Origin: Escherichia coli
GTDB taxonomy: Bacteria > Pseudomonadota > Gammaproteobacteria > Enterobacterales > Enterobacteriaceae
NCBI RefSeq assembly: GCF_003334765.1
Contig: NZ_QOWT01000007.1
Length of the DNA stretch: 64,000 nucleotides
Direction: 5' to 3' (one strand)
The notes below the pieces were generated by a model. It was given only the letters and a program-made list of their open reading frames with translations. It was not told the origin of the DNA and did no database searches. How positions within the stretch are numbered: position 1 is the first letter of the stretch; each line of letters opens with the position of its first letter. Below are positions 51,815 through 61,194 of this stretch, piece by piece. The translations under genes were made by a program, and so were the position numbers.

Positions 51815-52908
51815 CGGAAAAAGAGATTAGCCTGTGGCGCAATGGCCTAAACAGCGTCGAAGATTTACAGGCGAACCATATCGACGAAACCTTCACCTGG
51901 GCGCATCGTATCAGCAATCGGGCGGTGGATTTTCTGCAACAGCCTGCGCGCGCAGACGAGCCTTTCCTGATGGTGGTTTCGTATGATGAGCCGCATCACC
52001 CGTTCACCTGTCCGGTGGAGTATTTAGAGAAATACGCTGATTTTTACTACGAGCTGGGCGAGAAAGCACAGGATGACCTGGCTAACAAACCGGAACATCA
52101 CCGCTTATGGGCGCAGGCGATGCCATCGCCAGTCGGTGATGACGGGCTTTATCACCATCCGCTCTATTTTGCCTGTAATGACTTTGTTGATGACCAAATC
52201 GGACGGGTCATCAATGCCTTAACGCCAGAGCAACGTGAAAATACGTGGGTTATTTATACCTCCGATCACGGCGAAATGATGGGCGCACATAAGCTGATCA
52301 GTAAAGGGGCGGCGATGTATGACGACATCACCCGCATTCCGCTGATCATCCGTTCGCCGCAAGGGGAGCGGCGACAGGTCGATACGCCAGTCAGTCATAT
52401 CGATTTACTGCCGACAATGATGGCGCTGGCAGATATTGAAAAACCAGAGATTCTGCCGGGGGAAAATATCCTTGCCGTGAAAGAGCCACGCGGCGTGATG
52501 GTGGAATTTAACCGCTACGAGATTGAGCATGACAGCTTTGGCGGTTTTATTCCGGTGCGTTGCTGGGTGACGGATGACTTTAAACTGGTACTCAACCTCT
52601 TCACCAGTGATGAACTTTACGATCGCCGTAATGACCCAAATGAAATGCATAACCTGATCGATGATATCCGTTTTGCAGACGTTCGCAGCAAAATGCATGA
52701 CGCCTTATTGGATTACATGGACAAAATTCGCGATCCGTTCCGCAGTTACCAATGGAGTCTGCGTCCGTGGCGTAAAGATGCACGGCCGCGCTGGATGGGG
52801 GCGTTTCGTCCACGTCCACAAGATGGCTATTCGCCAGTTGTACGCGACTATGACACCGGCCTACCGACACAAGGGGTGAAGGTGGAGGAGAAAAAACAGA
52901 AGTTCTGA
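51514..52908 (+). pseudogene. yidJ: sulfatase YidJ, 5'-truncated
   Basis: Sulfatase signature CTPAR (Cys codon 51568-51570) within QLAAEGIRFNSAYTCSPVCTPARAGLFTG lies in frame upstream of the first ATG (51664); in-frame TGA at 51511 leaves no room for the conserved N-terminal domain. Confidence 0.55.
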
Positions 52909-52954
52909 CGATAATGCCCGCTGATGATCACCCGGCGGGCATTATTCAGGCTGC

Positions 52955-53404
52955 TTAAACCAGTGAACCGCCGGTCAGGAAGGAAAAGATAAGGAATATC
53001 AGCAAAATGCTGCACACGATGCCGATACCAAAAAGCAAGGTATGGAAAGCCAGCGTCCCGCCGCCAAAAACCAGCGCGCCGCGAATGCCCCAGCGATTTT
53101 CCTTACGCATACCGCCAATAAATGCGCAAAGTAGCGCAGCAATGGCCAGTGCGATACCGCTTTGATTGAGGATTTTATCGACATCTACGTCCTCTTTTTT
53201 CTCCACGGTGGTAATTTTTTCGCCTTTTATTCCGGCGAGAAGACCTCTTTTAATTTCAGCCGTTTTGTCCGCCACGATGCTTTCAAACGTTGGCGGTGGT
53301 GCGGAGAAAGGGCCGAATGAAAAGTGGATAATCCCCATCATTAAAGCGATGGCACCGAACAGCATGCCCAATGAACTGATTTTATTTTGAGCTATGATAC
53401 CCAT
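52955..53404 (-). CDS. yidI: inner membrane protein YidI
   Basis: 149-aa hydrophobic product MGIIAQNKISSLGMLFG...; track ORF extended to 53512. Confidence 0.75.
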   Translation of the reverse strand: MGIIAQNKISSLGMLFGAIALMMGIIHFSFGPFSAPPPTFESIVADKTAEIKRGLLAGIKGEKITTVEKKEDVDVDKILNQSGIALAIAALLCAFIGGMRKENRWGIRGALVFGGGTLAFHTLLFGIGIVCSILLIFLIFSFLTGGSLV

Positions 53405-53511
53405 CTGACCTCCTTGTAGCGGATGGCAAAAGCATATCAGGAAACGGGCGGACGAAATTCTTAAAAAAACCGCTAAAGGTAGAGCGTTAGTGAAATTGCA
53501 AAGGAGCAACA

Positions 53512-53859
53512 ATGAAAATTTCCCGCCTCGGAGAAGCGCCTGATTACCGCTTCTCGCTGGCTAATGAGCGTACTTTTCTGGCGTGGATCCGTACTGCACT
53601 AGGATTTCTGGCGGCGGGGGTTGGGCTTGATCAACTTGCGCCAGATTTCGCCACGCCCGTCATTCGCGAACTGCTGGCGTTGTTGTTGTGTCTGTTTTCC
53701 GGCGGGTTAGCGATGTATGGCTACTTGCGCTGGTTACGCAATGAAAAAGCGATGCGTCTGAAAGAGGACCTGCCCTACACCAACAGCTTATTAATCATTA
53801 GCTTAATATTGATGGTCGTGGCGGTGATCGTTATGGGACTGGTGTTGTATGCCGGATAG
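53512..53859 (+). CDS. yidH: inner membrane protein YidH (DUF202)
   Basis: 115-aa ORF. Confidence 0.8.
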   Translation: MKISRLGEAPDYRFSLANERTFLAWIRTALGFLAAGVGLDQLAPDFATPVIRELLALLLCLFSGGLAMYGYLRWLRNEKAMRLKEDLPYTNSLLIISLILMVVAVIVMGLVLYAG

Positions 53860-54211
53860 CCGCAAAGCCAGACGCATTGCCGACCCAGGACTGCAGCCGG
53901 AGCGCACATCACTGGCGTGGTTTCGTACCATGCTGGGCTACGGCGCGTTGATGGCGTTGGCTATCAAACACAACTGGCACCAGGCGGGCATGTTATTCTG
54001 GATTTCGATTGGCATTCTCGCCATCGTGGCGCTGATCCTCTGGCACTACACCCGTAATCGCAATTTAATGGATGTCACGAATAGCGATTTTTCCCAATTT
54101 CACGTAGTCCGTGACAAATTTTTGATCTCCCTCGCGGTGTTATCTCTCGCAATACTGTTTGCTGTAACGCATATACATCAACTTATCGTATTTATTGAGA
54201 GAGTCGCATGA
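53849..54211 (+). CDS. yidG: inner membrane protein YidG (DUF202)
   Basis: 120-aa ORF overlapping yidH 3' end by 11 nt. Confidence 0.8.
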   Translation: MPDSRKARRIADPGLQPERTSLAWFRTMLGYGALMALAIKHNWHQAGMLFWISIGILAIVALILWHYTRNRNLMDVTNSDFSQFHVVRDKFLISLAVLSLAILFAVTHIHQLIVFIERVA

Positions 54212-54705
54212 CAGGAAGTCAGGTCATTGATGCTGAAGAGGACAGGCATAAACTGGTTGTAGAGTACAAGGATGCTCTGCAACCTGCCGATTTTTATCAC
54301 AATTTCAAACAGCGGGGCATCCGCTCCGTACAGCTCATTCCCTATCTTGAATTTGATGACCGGGGCGATCTGACGGCCGCTTCGGTGACAGCAGAGCTGT
54401 GGGGGAAATTTTTAATTGCCCTGTTCGAGTGTTGGGTGCGGGCAGATATCAGTCGTATCTCGATTGAGCTTTTTGACGCCACCTTACAAAAATGGTGTGG
54501 CAGCGAAAACCCGCAACCGCGCTGTGACTGCCAGGCGTGCGACTGGCATCGCCTGTGCCCGCACGCTCGGCAGGAGACGCCAGACAGCGTGCTTTGTGCG
54601 GGCTATCAGGCGTTTTATTCTTACTCCGCACCGCATATGCGGGTGATGCGTGATCTGATAAAGCAGCATCGTTCTCCCATGGAGCTGATGACGATGCTGC
54701 GGTGA
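54208..54705 (+). CDS. yidF: truncated anaerobic sulfatase-maturase-like protein YidF (C-terminal Cys-rich domain only)
   Basis: 165-aa ORF with Cys cluster CDCQACDWHRLCP...C but no CxxxCxxC radical-SAM motif; overlaps yidG stop. Confidence 0.8.
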   Translation: MTGSQVIDAEEDRHKLVVEYKDALQPADFYHNFKQRGIRSVQLIPYLEFDDRGDLTAASVTAELWGKFLIALFECWVRADISRISIELFDATLQKWCGSENPQPRCDCQACDWHRLCPHARQETPDSVLCAGYQAFYSYSAPHMRVMRDLIKQHRSPMELMTMLR

Positions 54706-54712
54706 CGTGCGC

Positions 54713-55897
54713 TTAAACGGGCTGCCCCTGATGCGACATCCGCGTCGCCAGCGGCAGCCAGCACAGCACGATCAACAATCCCATTAAGGTCATCAACAAC
54801 CCCAGGCTGCCCTGACCGGTTTGCGGCAACATCGCAGAGAGCGACGCCAGCACGCCGGAACCAATGTTTTGCAGACCGCCGACCAGCGCGCCAGCCGTGC
54901 CCGCCAGGAAGGGGAACGGCTCCATCGCGCCGCTGGTCGCCAGCGGAAACAGCATCCCGGCACCGAAAAAGAACAGCGCGGCGGGAACGAGCAGCGTCCA
55001 GACATTCATCACGCCAAACCAGTCGGGGATCCACATCAGCAAGCCAGCCAGCAGGCAGCAGATAACCGACTGCCACATTAACGTGGAGAAGCGTTTATTG
55101 GGACGTCCGGCAAACCATGCGCCAAAAAACGCTGCCGGAATCGGCAGAATAAACAAAATACTGACCGTCATACTGCTCAGCCCTAACACCGCGCCCATCA
55201 GCACGCCGGAGCAGGCTTCAAAGGCGGCAATCCCGGCCAGACCGCCAATCAGCATCAGCAAATAACAGTTAAAACCGCTGTTACCGAAAAGCGTTTTATA
55301 ACTGGTAAGCAGGCGCGTGCGCGGTGCATCGACCGGACGCGTTTCCGGCATCCAGCGGGCCATACTGAAGGTCACACCAGCACAAAGAACCAACAAAAAG
55401 AGATAACAGGCGCGCCAGTTCCACATCGTATCCAGCAGACCGCCGATTAGCGGTGCGAGCAACGGACTGACGAGAATCCCCATGTTTAACAGGCTGTTAG
55501 CATGGCGCAACTGTGTCCGTTCATATAAGTCTCGCGGTAAAGTACGCGCCATTACGCCGCCAACGCCGGTGCCCATCCCCTGCATCGCGCTGGCGGCAAT
55601 CAACACCGTCAAACTGGAGGTCGTGACCGCGACCAGCGTTGCCAGCATAAAAATGGACATTCCGACGAGGATCACCGGTCGGCGGCCCACGCGGTCGGAA
55701 ATCGGGCCATAAAACAGCTGTGAGACACCGTAAGTCAGCAGATAAGCGCCCATTACGCTCTGCACCGCCCCTTCACGGACGTTGAGATCGCGCGCCATAT
55801 CGGCAATAGCTGGAATATAAATGGTTTGCGCCATCTGACCGACGGCCACGAGTAATACCAACATCAATAACAAATTGACGTTTCTTTGCCTTTTCAT
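54713..55897 (-). CDS. emrD: MFS multidrug efflux transporter EmrD
   Basis: 394-aa product MKRQRNVNLLLMLVLLV... Confidence 0.9.
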   Translation of the reverse strand: MKRQRNVNLLLMLVLLVAVGQMAQTIYIPAIADMARDLNVREGAVQSVMGAYLLTYGVSQLFYGPISDRVGRRPVILVGMSIFMLATLVAVTTSSLTVLIAASAMQGMGTGVGGVMARTLPRDLYERTQLRHANSLLNMGILVSPLLAPLIGGLLDTMWNWRACYLFLLVLCAGVTFSMARWMPETRPVDAPRTRLLTSYKTLFGNSGFNCYLLMLIGGLAGIAAFEACSGVLMGAVLGLSSMTVSILFILPIPAAFFGAWFAGRPNKRFSTLMWQSVICCLLAGLLMWIPDWFGVMNVWTLLVPAALFFFGAGMLFPLATSGAMEPFPFLAGTAGALVGGLQNIGSGVLASLSAMLPQTGQGSLGLLMTLMGLLIVLCWLPLATRMSHQGQPV

Positions 55898-56074
55898 TAT
55901 CACGGATGCTTTTATAAAAATAATTAGAATAAGTCACTACGCATTCCCATAAATGCGGGAGAGGAATCTATCACATTGATGAATGTTAGCCAGATATACG
56001 CCAGGAATGGGGAATTGTTTAGCGGCAGAATATGTAAACAAAAGCGGCAATAAATGTTGCCGGGAGAGATGGTA

Positions 56075-56110
56075 GGGCGGATAAGATGCGTCAGCATCGC
56101 ATCCGACACC
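56075..56110. repeat. REP-like palindrome upstream of emrD
   Basis: gcggataagatgcgtcagcatcgcatccgaca resembles a REP unit. Confidence 0.4.
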
Positions 56111-56121
56111 AACCCGCACGC

Positions 56122-56155
56122 TAAATATAAAAGGGGAGCGGTTTCCCGCTCCCCT
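56122..56155 (-). terminator. Rho-independent terminator of tisB
   Basis: ggggagcgg / ccgctcccc hairpin; on minus strand followed by UUUUAUAUUU. Confidence 0.65.
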
Positions 56156-56176
56156 TTGGTGCGACTTGAATCTGAA

Positions 56177-56266
56177 TTACTTCAGGTATTTCAGAACAGC
56201 ATCAAGCAGTTGCAGTGCTGCAACAATGAGTTTGAGGATAAGAATGGCGATATCCACCAGGTTCAT
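56177..56266 (-). CDS. tisB: type I toxin TisB (29-aa membrane peptide)
   Basis: Minus-strand ORF translating to MNLVDIAILILKLIVAALQLLDAVLKYLK, preceded by aggag Shine-Dalgarno; too short for the ORF track. Confidence 0.88.
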   Translation of the reverse strand: MNLVDIAILILKLIVAALQLLDAVLKYLK

Positions 56267-56502
56267 ACGCGTCTCCTGTGGTTCAGGAGCACTGCCAGCT
56301 GACGTACCTTTCCGCTGCCTGTTGCCAGCTGTTGTGCACGCGGTATCTCAAGGAGAAACGTTGTGCTTGTTGACATAACACAGTGTGCTCACGCGGGGTT
56401 AAGGCGCTGACGGCACCACCCGTTTCAGCCAGGACTTAGTGCGCCGGGTAACGATGCGGCCCCCGCATAACACATTGCGTACAGTGATATTATAGAAGTT
56501 TA

Positions 56503-56518
56503 CTGTATAAATAAACAG
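56503..56518. promoter_or_regulatory. LexA box (SOS operator) in divergent tisAB / istR-2 promoter region
   Basis: ctgtataaataaacag = CTGT-N8-ACAG; candidate tisAB -10 TATAAT on minus strand at 56489-56494. Confidence 0.75.
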
Positions 56519-56560
56519 TAATATTTGGACAAAACGCAAACTGTGATCGATACTCAACTA

Positions 56561-56701
56561 TGCACTAAATACGTCAAAATTCGTGCCGAAATTGCGCGTT
56601 CTGCGCGGAACACGTATACTTTCAGTGTTGACATAATACAGTGTGCTTTGCGGTTACCAGCCGCAGGCGACTGACGAAACCTCGCTCCGGCGGGGTTTTT
56701 T
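56561..56701 (+). ncRNA. istR: IstR antitoxin sRNA (IstR-2 about 140 nt; IstR-1 about 75 nt at roughly 56626-56701)
   Basis: Plus-strand terminator hairpin with T-run ending about 56701; candidate -10 tatact at 56615-56620 for the short form; 20-nt segment 56628-56647 complementary to tisAB mRNA region 56370-56389; ends estimated from published sizes. Confidence 0.55.
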
Positions 56702-56830
56702 GTTATCTGCAATTCAGTACAAAACGTGATCAACCCCTCAATTTTCCCTTGCTGAAAAATTTTCCATTGTCTCCCCTGTAAAGCTGTGCTTGTATAAATA
56801 TTGTTAAACACAAAACCAACAAGGTCCCCA

Positions 56831-56929
56831 ATGACTACTTCCATGCTCAACGCAAAACTACTACCAACTGCGCCATCCGCCGCAGTGGTCGTCGTGCGTG
56901 TGGTGGTGGTCGTCGGCAATGCGCCGTAG
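56831..56929 (+). CDS. ivbL: ilvB operon leader peptide IvbL
   Basis: 32-codon ORF MTTSMLNAKLLPTAPSAAVVVVRVVVVVGNAP rich in Val/Leu codons, followed by attenuator hairpin. Confidence 0.85.
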   Translation: MTTSMLNAKLLPTAPSAAVVVVRVVVVVGNAP

Positions 56930-56952
56930 GGACTGGAACAACACACGATTCC

Positions 56953-56987
56953 AAAACCCCGCCGGCGCAAACCGGGCGGGGTTTTTC
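56953..56987 (+). terminator. ilvB attenuator terminator
   Basis: aaccccgccgg ... ccgggcggggtt hairpin followed by TTTTT, between ivbL and ilvB. Confidence 0.7.
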
Positions 56988-57034
56988 GTTTAAGCACCTC
57001 CCGGAAAGTCGGCCCAGAAGAAAAGGACTGGAGC

Positions 57035-58723
57035 ATGGCAAGTTCGGGCACAACATCGACGCGTAAGCGCTTTACCGGCGCAGAATTTATCGTTCATTTC
57101 CTGGAACAGCAGGGCATTAAGATTGTGACAGGCATTCCGGGCGGTTCTATCCTGCCTGTTTACGATGCCTTAAGCCAAAGCACGCAAATCCGCCATATTC
57201 TGGCCCGTCATGAACAGGGCGCGGGCTTTATCGCTCAGGGAATGGCGCGCACCGACGGTAAACCGGCGGTCTGTATGGCCTGTAGCGGACCGGGTGCGAC
57301 TAACCTGGTGACCGCCATTGCCGATGCGCGGCTGGACTCCATCCCGCTGATTTGCATCACTGGTCAGGTTCCCGCCTCGATGATCGGCACCGACGCCTTC
57401 CAGGAAGTGGACACCTACGGCATCTCTATCCCCATCACCAAACACAACTATCTGGTCAGACATATCGAAGAACTCCCGCAGGTCATGAGCGATGCCTTCC
57501 GCATTGCGCAATCAGGCCGCCCAGGCCCGGTGTGGATAGACATTCCTAAGGATGTGCAAACGGCAGTTTTTGAGATTGAAACACAGCCCGCTATGGCAGA
57601 AAAAGCCGCCGCCCCCGCCTTTAGCGAAGAAAGCATTCGTGACGCAGCGGCGATGATTAACGCTGCCAAACGCCCGGTGCTTTATCTGGGCGGCGGTGTG
57701 ATCAATGCGCCCGCACGGGTGCGTGAACTGGCGGAGAAAGCGCAACTGCCTACCACCATGACTTTAATGGCGCTGGGCATGTTGCCAAAAGCGCATCCGT
57801 TGTCGCTGGGTATGCTGGGGATGCACGGCGTGCGCAGCACCAACTATATTTTGCAGGAGGCGGATTTGTTGATAGTGCTCGGTGCGCGTTTTGATGACCG
57901 GGCGATTGGCAAAACCGAGCAGTTCTGTCCGAATGCCAAAATCATTCATGTCGATATCGACCGTGCAGAGCTGGGTAAAATCAAGCAGCCGCACGTGGCG
58001 ATTCAGGCGGATGTTGATGACGTGCTGGCGCAGTTGATCCCGCTGGTGGAAGCGCAACCGCGTGCAGAGTGGCACCAGTTGGTAGCGGATTTGCAGCGTG
58101 AGTTTCCGTGTCCAATCCCGAAAGCGTGCGATCCGTTAAGCCATTACGGCCTGATCAACGCCGTTGCCGCCTGTGTCGATGACAATGCAATTATCACCAC
58201 CGACGTTGGTCAGCATCAGATGTGGACCGCGCAAGCTTATCCGCTCAATCGCCCACGCCAGTGGCTGACCTCCGGTGGGCTGGGCACGATGGGTTTTGGC
58301 CTGCCTGCGGCGATTGGCGCTGCGCTGGCGAACCCGGATCGCAAAGTGTTGTGTTTCTCCGGCGACGGCAGCCTGATGATGAATATTCAGGAGATGGCGA
58401 CCGCCAGTGAAAATCAGCTGGATGTCAAAATCATTCTGATGAACAACGAAGCGCTGGGGCTGGTGCATCAGCAACAGAGTCTGTTCTACGAGCAAGGCGT
58501 TTTTGCCGCCACCTATCCGGGCAAAATCAACTTTATGCAGATTGCCGCCGGATTCGGCCTCGAAACCTGTGATTTGAATAACGAAGCCGATCCGCAGGCT
58601 TCATTGCAGGAAATCATCAATCGCCCTGGCCCGGCGCTGATCCATGTGCGCATTGATGCCGAAGAAAAAGTTTACCCGATGGTGCCGCCAGGTGCGGCGA
58701 ATACTGAAATGGTGGGGGAATAA
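57035..58723 (+). CDS. ilvB: acetolactate synthase I large subunit IlvB
   Basis: 562-aa ThDP-enzyme ORF. Confidence 0.95.
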   Translation: MASSGTTSTRKRFTGAEFIVHFLEQQGIKIVTGIPGGSILPVYDALSQSTQIRHILARHEQGAGFIAQGMARTDGKPAVCMACSGPGATNLVTAIADARLDSIPLICITGQVPASMIGTDAFQEVDTYGISIPITKHNYLVRHIEELPQVMSDAFRIAQSGRPGPVWIDIPKDVQTAVFEIETQPAMAEKAAAPAFSEESIRDAAAMINAAKRPVLYLGGGVINAPARVRELAEKAQLPTTMTLMALGMLPKAHPLSLGMLGMHGVRSTNYILQEADLLIVLGARFDDRAIGKTEQFCPNAKIIHVDIDRAELGKIKQPHVAIQADVDDVLAQLIPLVEAQPRAEWHQLVADLQREFPCPIPKACDPLSHYGLINAVAACVDDNAIITTDVGQHQMWTAQAYPLNRPRQWLTSGGLGTMGFGLPAAIGAALANPDRKVLCFSGDGSLMMNIQEMATASENQLDVKIILMNNEALGLVHQQQSLFYEQGVFAATYPGKINFMQIAAGFGLETCDLNNEADPQASLQEIINRPGPALIHVRIDAEEKVYPMVPPGAANTEMVGE

Positions 58724-58726
58724 GCC

Positions 58727-59017
58727 ATGCAAAACACAACTCATGACAACGTAATTCTGGAGCTCACCGTTCGCAACCATCCGGGCGTAATGACCCACGT
58801 TTGTGGCCTTTTTGCCCGCCGCGCTTTTAACGTTGAAGGCATTCTTTGTCTGCCGATTCAGGACAGCGACAAAAGCCATATCTGGCTACTGGTCAATGAC
58901 GACCAGCGTCTGGAGCAGATGATAAGCCAAATCGATAAGCTGGAAGATGTCGTGAAAGTGCAGCGTAATCAGTCCGATCCGACGATGTTTAACAAGATCG
59001 CGGTGTTTTTTCAGTAA
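58727..59017 (+). CDS. ilvN: acetolactate synthase I small (regulatory) subunit IlvN
   Basis: 96-aa ORF, 4 bp after ilvB. Confidence 0.93.
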
Positions 59018-59037
59018 CCGCTCAAGGCTTGAACAAC

Positions 59038-59075
59038 ATCGCGCTTATCGTTAAGGTAAGCGCGTATTTTTTTTA
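59038..59075 (+). terminator. Rho-independent terminator downstream of ilvN
   Basis: cgcgctta / taagcgcg arms (59040-59047, 59057-59064) followed by a long T-run. Confidence 0.65.
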
Positions 59076-59092
59076 CCCGCCAGGACAAGACC

Positions 59093-59683
59093 ATGATCAC
59101 CGTTGCCCTTATAGACGATCACCTCATCGTCCGCTCCGGCTTTGCGCAGCTGCTGGGGCTGGAACCTGATTTGCAGGTAGTTGCCGAGTTTGGTTCGGGG
59201 CGCGAGGCGCTGGCGGGGCTGCCGGGGCGCGGTGTGCAGGTGTGTATTTGCGATATCTCCATGCCCGATATCTCCGGTCTGGAGCTGCTAAGCCAGCTGC
59301 CGAAAGGTATGGCGACGATTATGCTCTCCGTTCACGACAGTCCTGCGCTGGTTGAGCAGGCGCTTAACGCGGGGGCACGCGGCTTTCTTTCCAAACGCTG
59401 TAGCCCGGATGAACTCATTGCTGCGGTGCATACGGTTGCCACGGGCGGCTGTTATCTGACGCCGGATATTGCCATTAAACTGGCATCCGGTCGTCAGGAC
59501 CCGCTAACCAAACGTGAACGCCAGGTGGCGGAAAAACTGGCGCAAGGAATGGCGGTGAAAGAGATTGCCGCCGAACTGGGCTTGTCACCGAAAACGGTAC
59601 ACGTCCATCGCGCCAATCTGATGGAAAAACTGGGCGTCAGTAACGACGTAGAGCTGGCGCGCCGCATGTTTGATGGCTGGTGA
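59093..59683 (+). CDS. uhpA: response regulator UhpA (NarL/LuxR family)
   Basis: 196-aa ORF with receiver domain and C-terminal LuxR HTH. Confidence 0.93.
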
Positions 59684-61185
59684 TGAAGACGTTGTTCTCC
59701 CGCTTAATTACCGTTATTGCCTGCTTTTTTATCTTCTCTGCCGCATGGTTTTGCCTGTGGAGTATCAGCCTGCATCTGGTTGAGCGCCCTGATATGGCGG
59801 TGCTGTTATTTCCGTTTGGTCTGCGTCTGGGGCTAATGCTGCAATGCCCGCGCGGATACTGGCCCGTATTGCTGGGCGCGGAGTGGCTGCTGATTTACTG
59901 GCTAACGCAGGCGGTCGGTTTAACCCATTTTCCGTTATTGATGATCGGTAGTTTACTGACGTTACTGCCCGTAGCGCTGATCTCGCGCTATCGCCATCAG
60001 CGTGACTGGCGCACCTTGCTGTTACAGGGGGCGGCGTTAACGGCGGCGGCGTTGTTGCAGTCGCTGCCCTGGCTTTGGCACGGCAAAGAGTCGTGGAATG
60101 CGCTGTTGCTGACTTTAACTGGCGGCCTGACGCTGGCCCCGATATGTCTGGTGTTCTGGCACTATCTCGCCAATAACACCTGGCTGCCGCTCGGTCCGTC
60201 ACTGGTTTCTCAGCCAATCAACTGGCGCGGGCGACATCTGGTCTGGTACTTGCTGCTGTTTGTTATCAGTCTCTGGCTCCAGTTGGGATTGCCGGACGAA
60301 CTGTCGCGCTTTACGCCATTCTGTCTGGCGCTGCCGATTATCGCGCTGGCCTGGCACTATGGTTGGCAAGGGGCGCTGATTGCGACGTTGATGAACGCCA
60401 TCGCGCTGATCGCCAGTCAAACCTGGCGCGATCATCCGGTGGATTTATTGCTCTCGCTGCTGGTGCAAAGTCTGACAGGGTTGTTGCTTGGCGCTGGCAT
60501 CCAGCGGTTGCGTGAACTTAACCAGTCGCTGCAAAAGGAACTGGCGCGCAATCAGCATCTGGCTGAACGGTTGCTGGAAACCGAAGAGAGCGTGCGCCGT
60601 GATGTGGCGCGTGAGCTGCATGATGATATCGGTCAGACCATCACTGCTATTCGTACTCAGGCGGGCATTGTTCAGCGGCTGGCGGCAGATAACGCCAGCG
60701 TGAAGCAGAGCGGGCAGCTCATCGAACAACTATCGCTGGGCGTTTACGACGCGGTGCGCCGTTTGTTGGGTCGGTTACGTCCGCGCCAGTTGGATGATCT
60801 CACCCTGGAGCAGGCCATCCGCTCACTGATGCGGGAAATGGAGCTGGAAGGGCGCGGTATTGTCAGCCATCTCGAATGGCGAATCGATGAATCAGCGTTA
60901 AGCGAAAACCAGCGCGTGACGCTGTTTCGTGTCTGCCAGGAAGGGCTGAACAACATTGTGAAACATGCTGATGCCAGCGCGGTCACCCTGCAAGGCTGGC
61001 AGCAGGATGAACGGTTGATGCTGGTTATTGAAGACGATGGCAGCGGTTTGCCGCCGGGTTCCGGGCAACAAGGTTTTGGCCTCACCGGAATGCGCGAGCG
61101 CGTAACGGCGCTGGGTGGCACATTACACATTTCCTGTCTGCACGGCACGCGTGTCAGCGTTTCTCTACCTCAACGCTATGTCTAA
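59683..61185 (+). CDS. uhpB: sensor histidine kinase UhpB
   Basis: 500-aa product [11 protein letters not shown]...; ATG overlaps uhpA stop; membrane N-terminus and C-terminal kinase domain. Confidence 0.9.
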
Positions 61186-61194
61186 GGTTTGATG

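Noticed and set aside
56370-56647. 22-nt direct repeat considered as possible IS end, att site or minimal CRISPR-like repeat
   Set aside because: Only two copies, no spacer periodicity, no transposase or cas genes; fully explained as the sRNA-mRNA complementarity of the istR/tisAB pair
56554-57051. 165-aa minus-strand ORF spanning the ivbL/ilvB start region
   Set aside because: Overlaps the istR sRNA, ivbL leader and attenuator on the opposite strand; Thr/Arg-rich low-complexity translation (TTTTRTTTT) is the reverse reading of the Val-codon run
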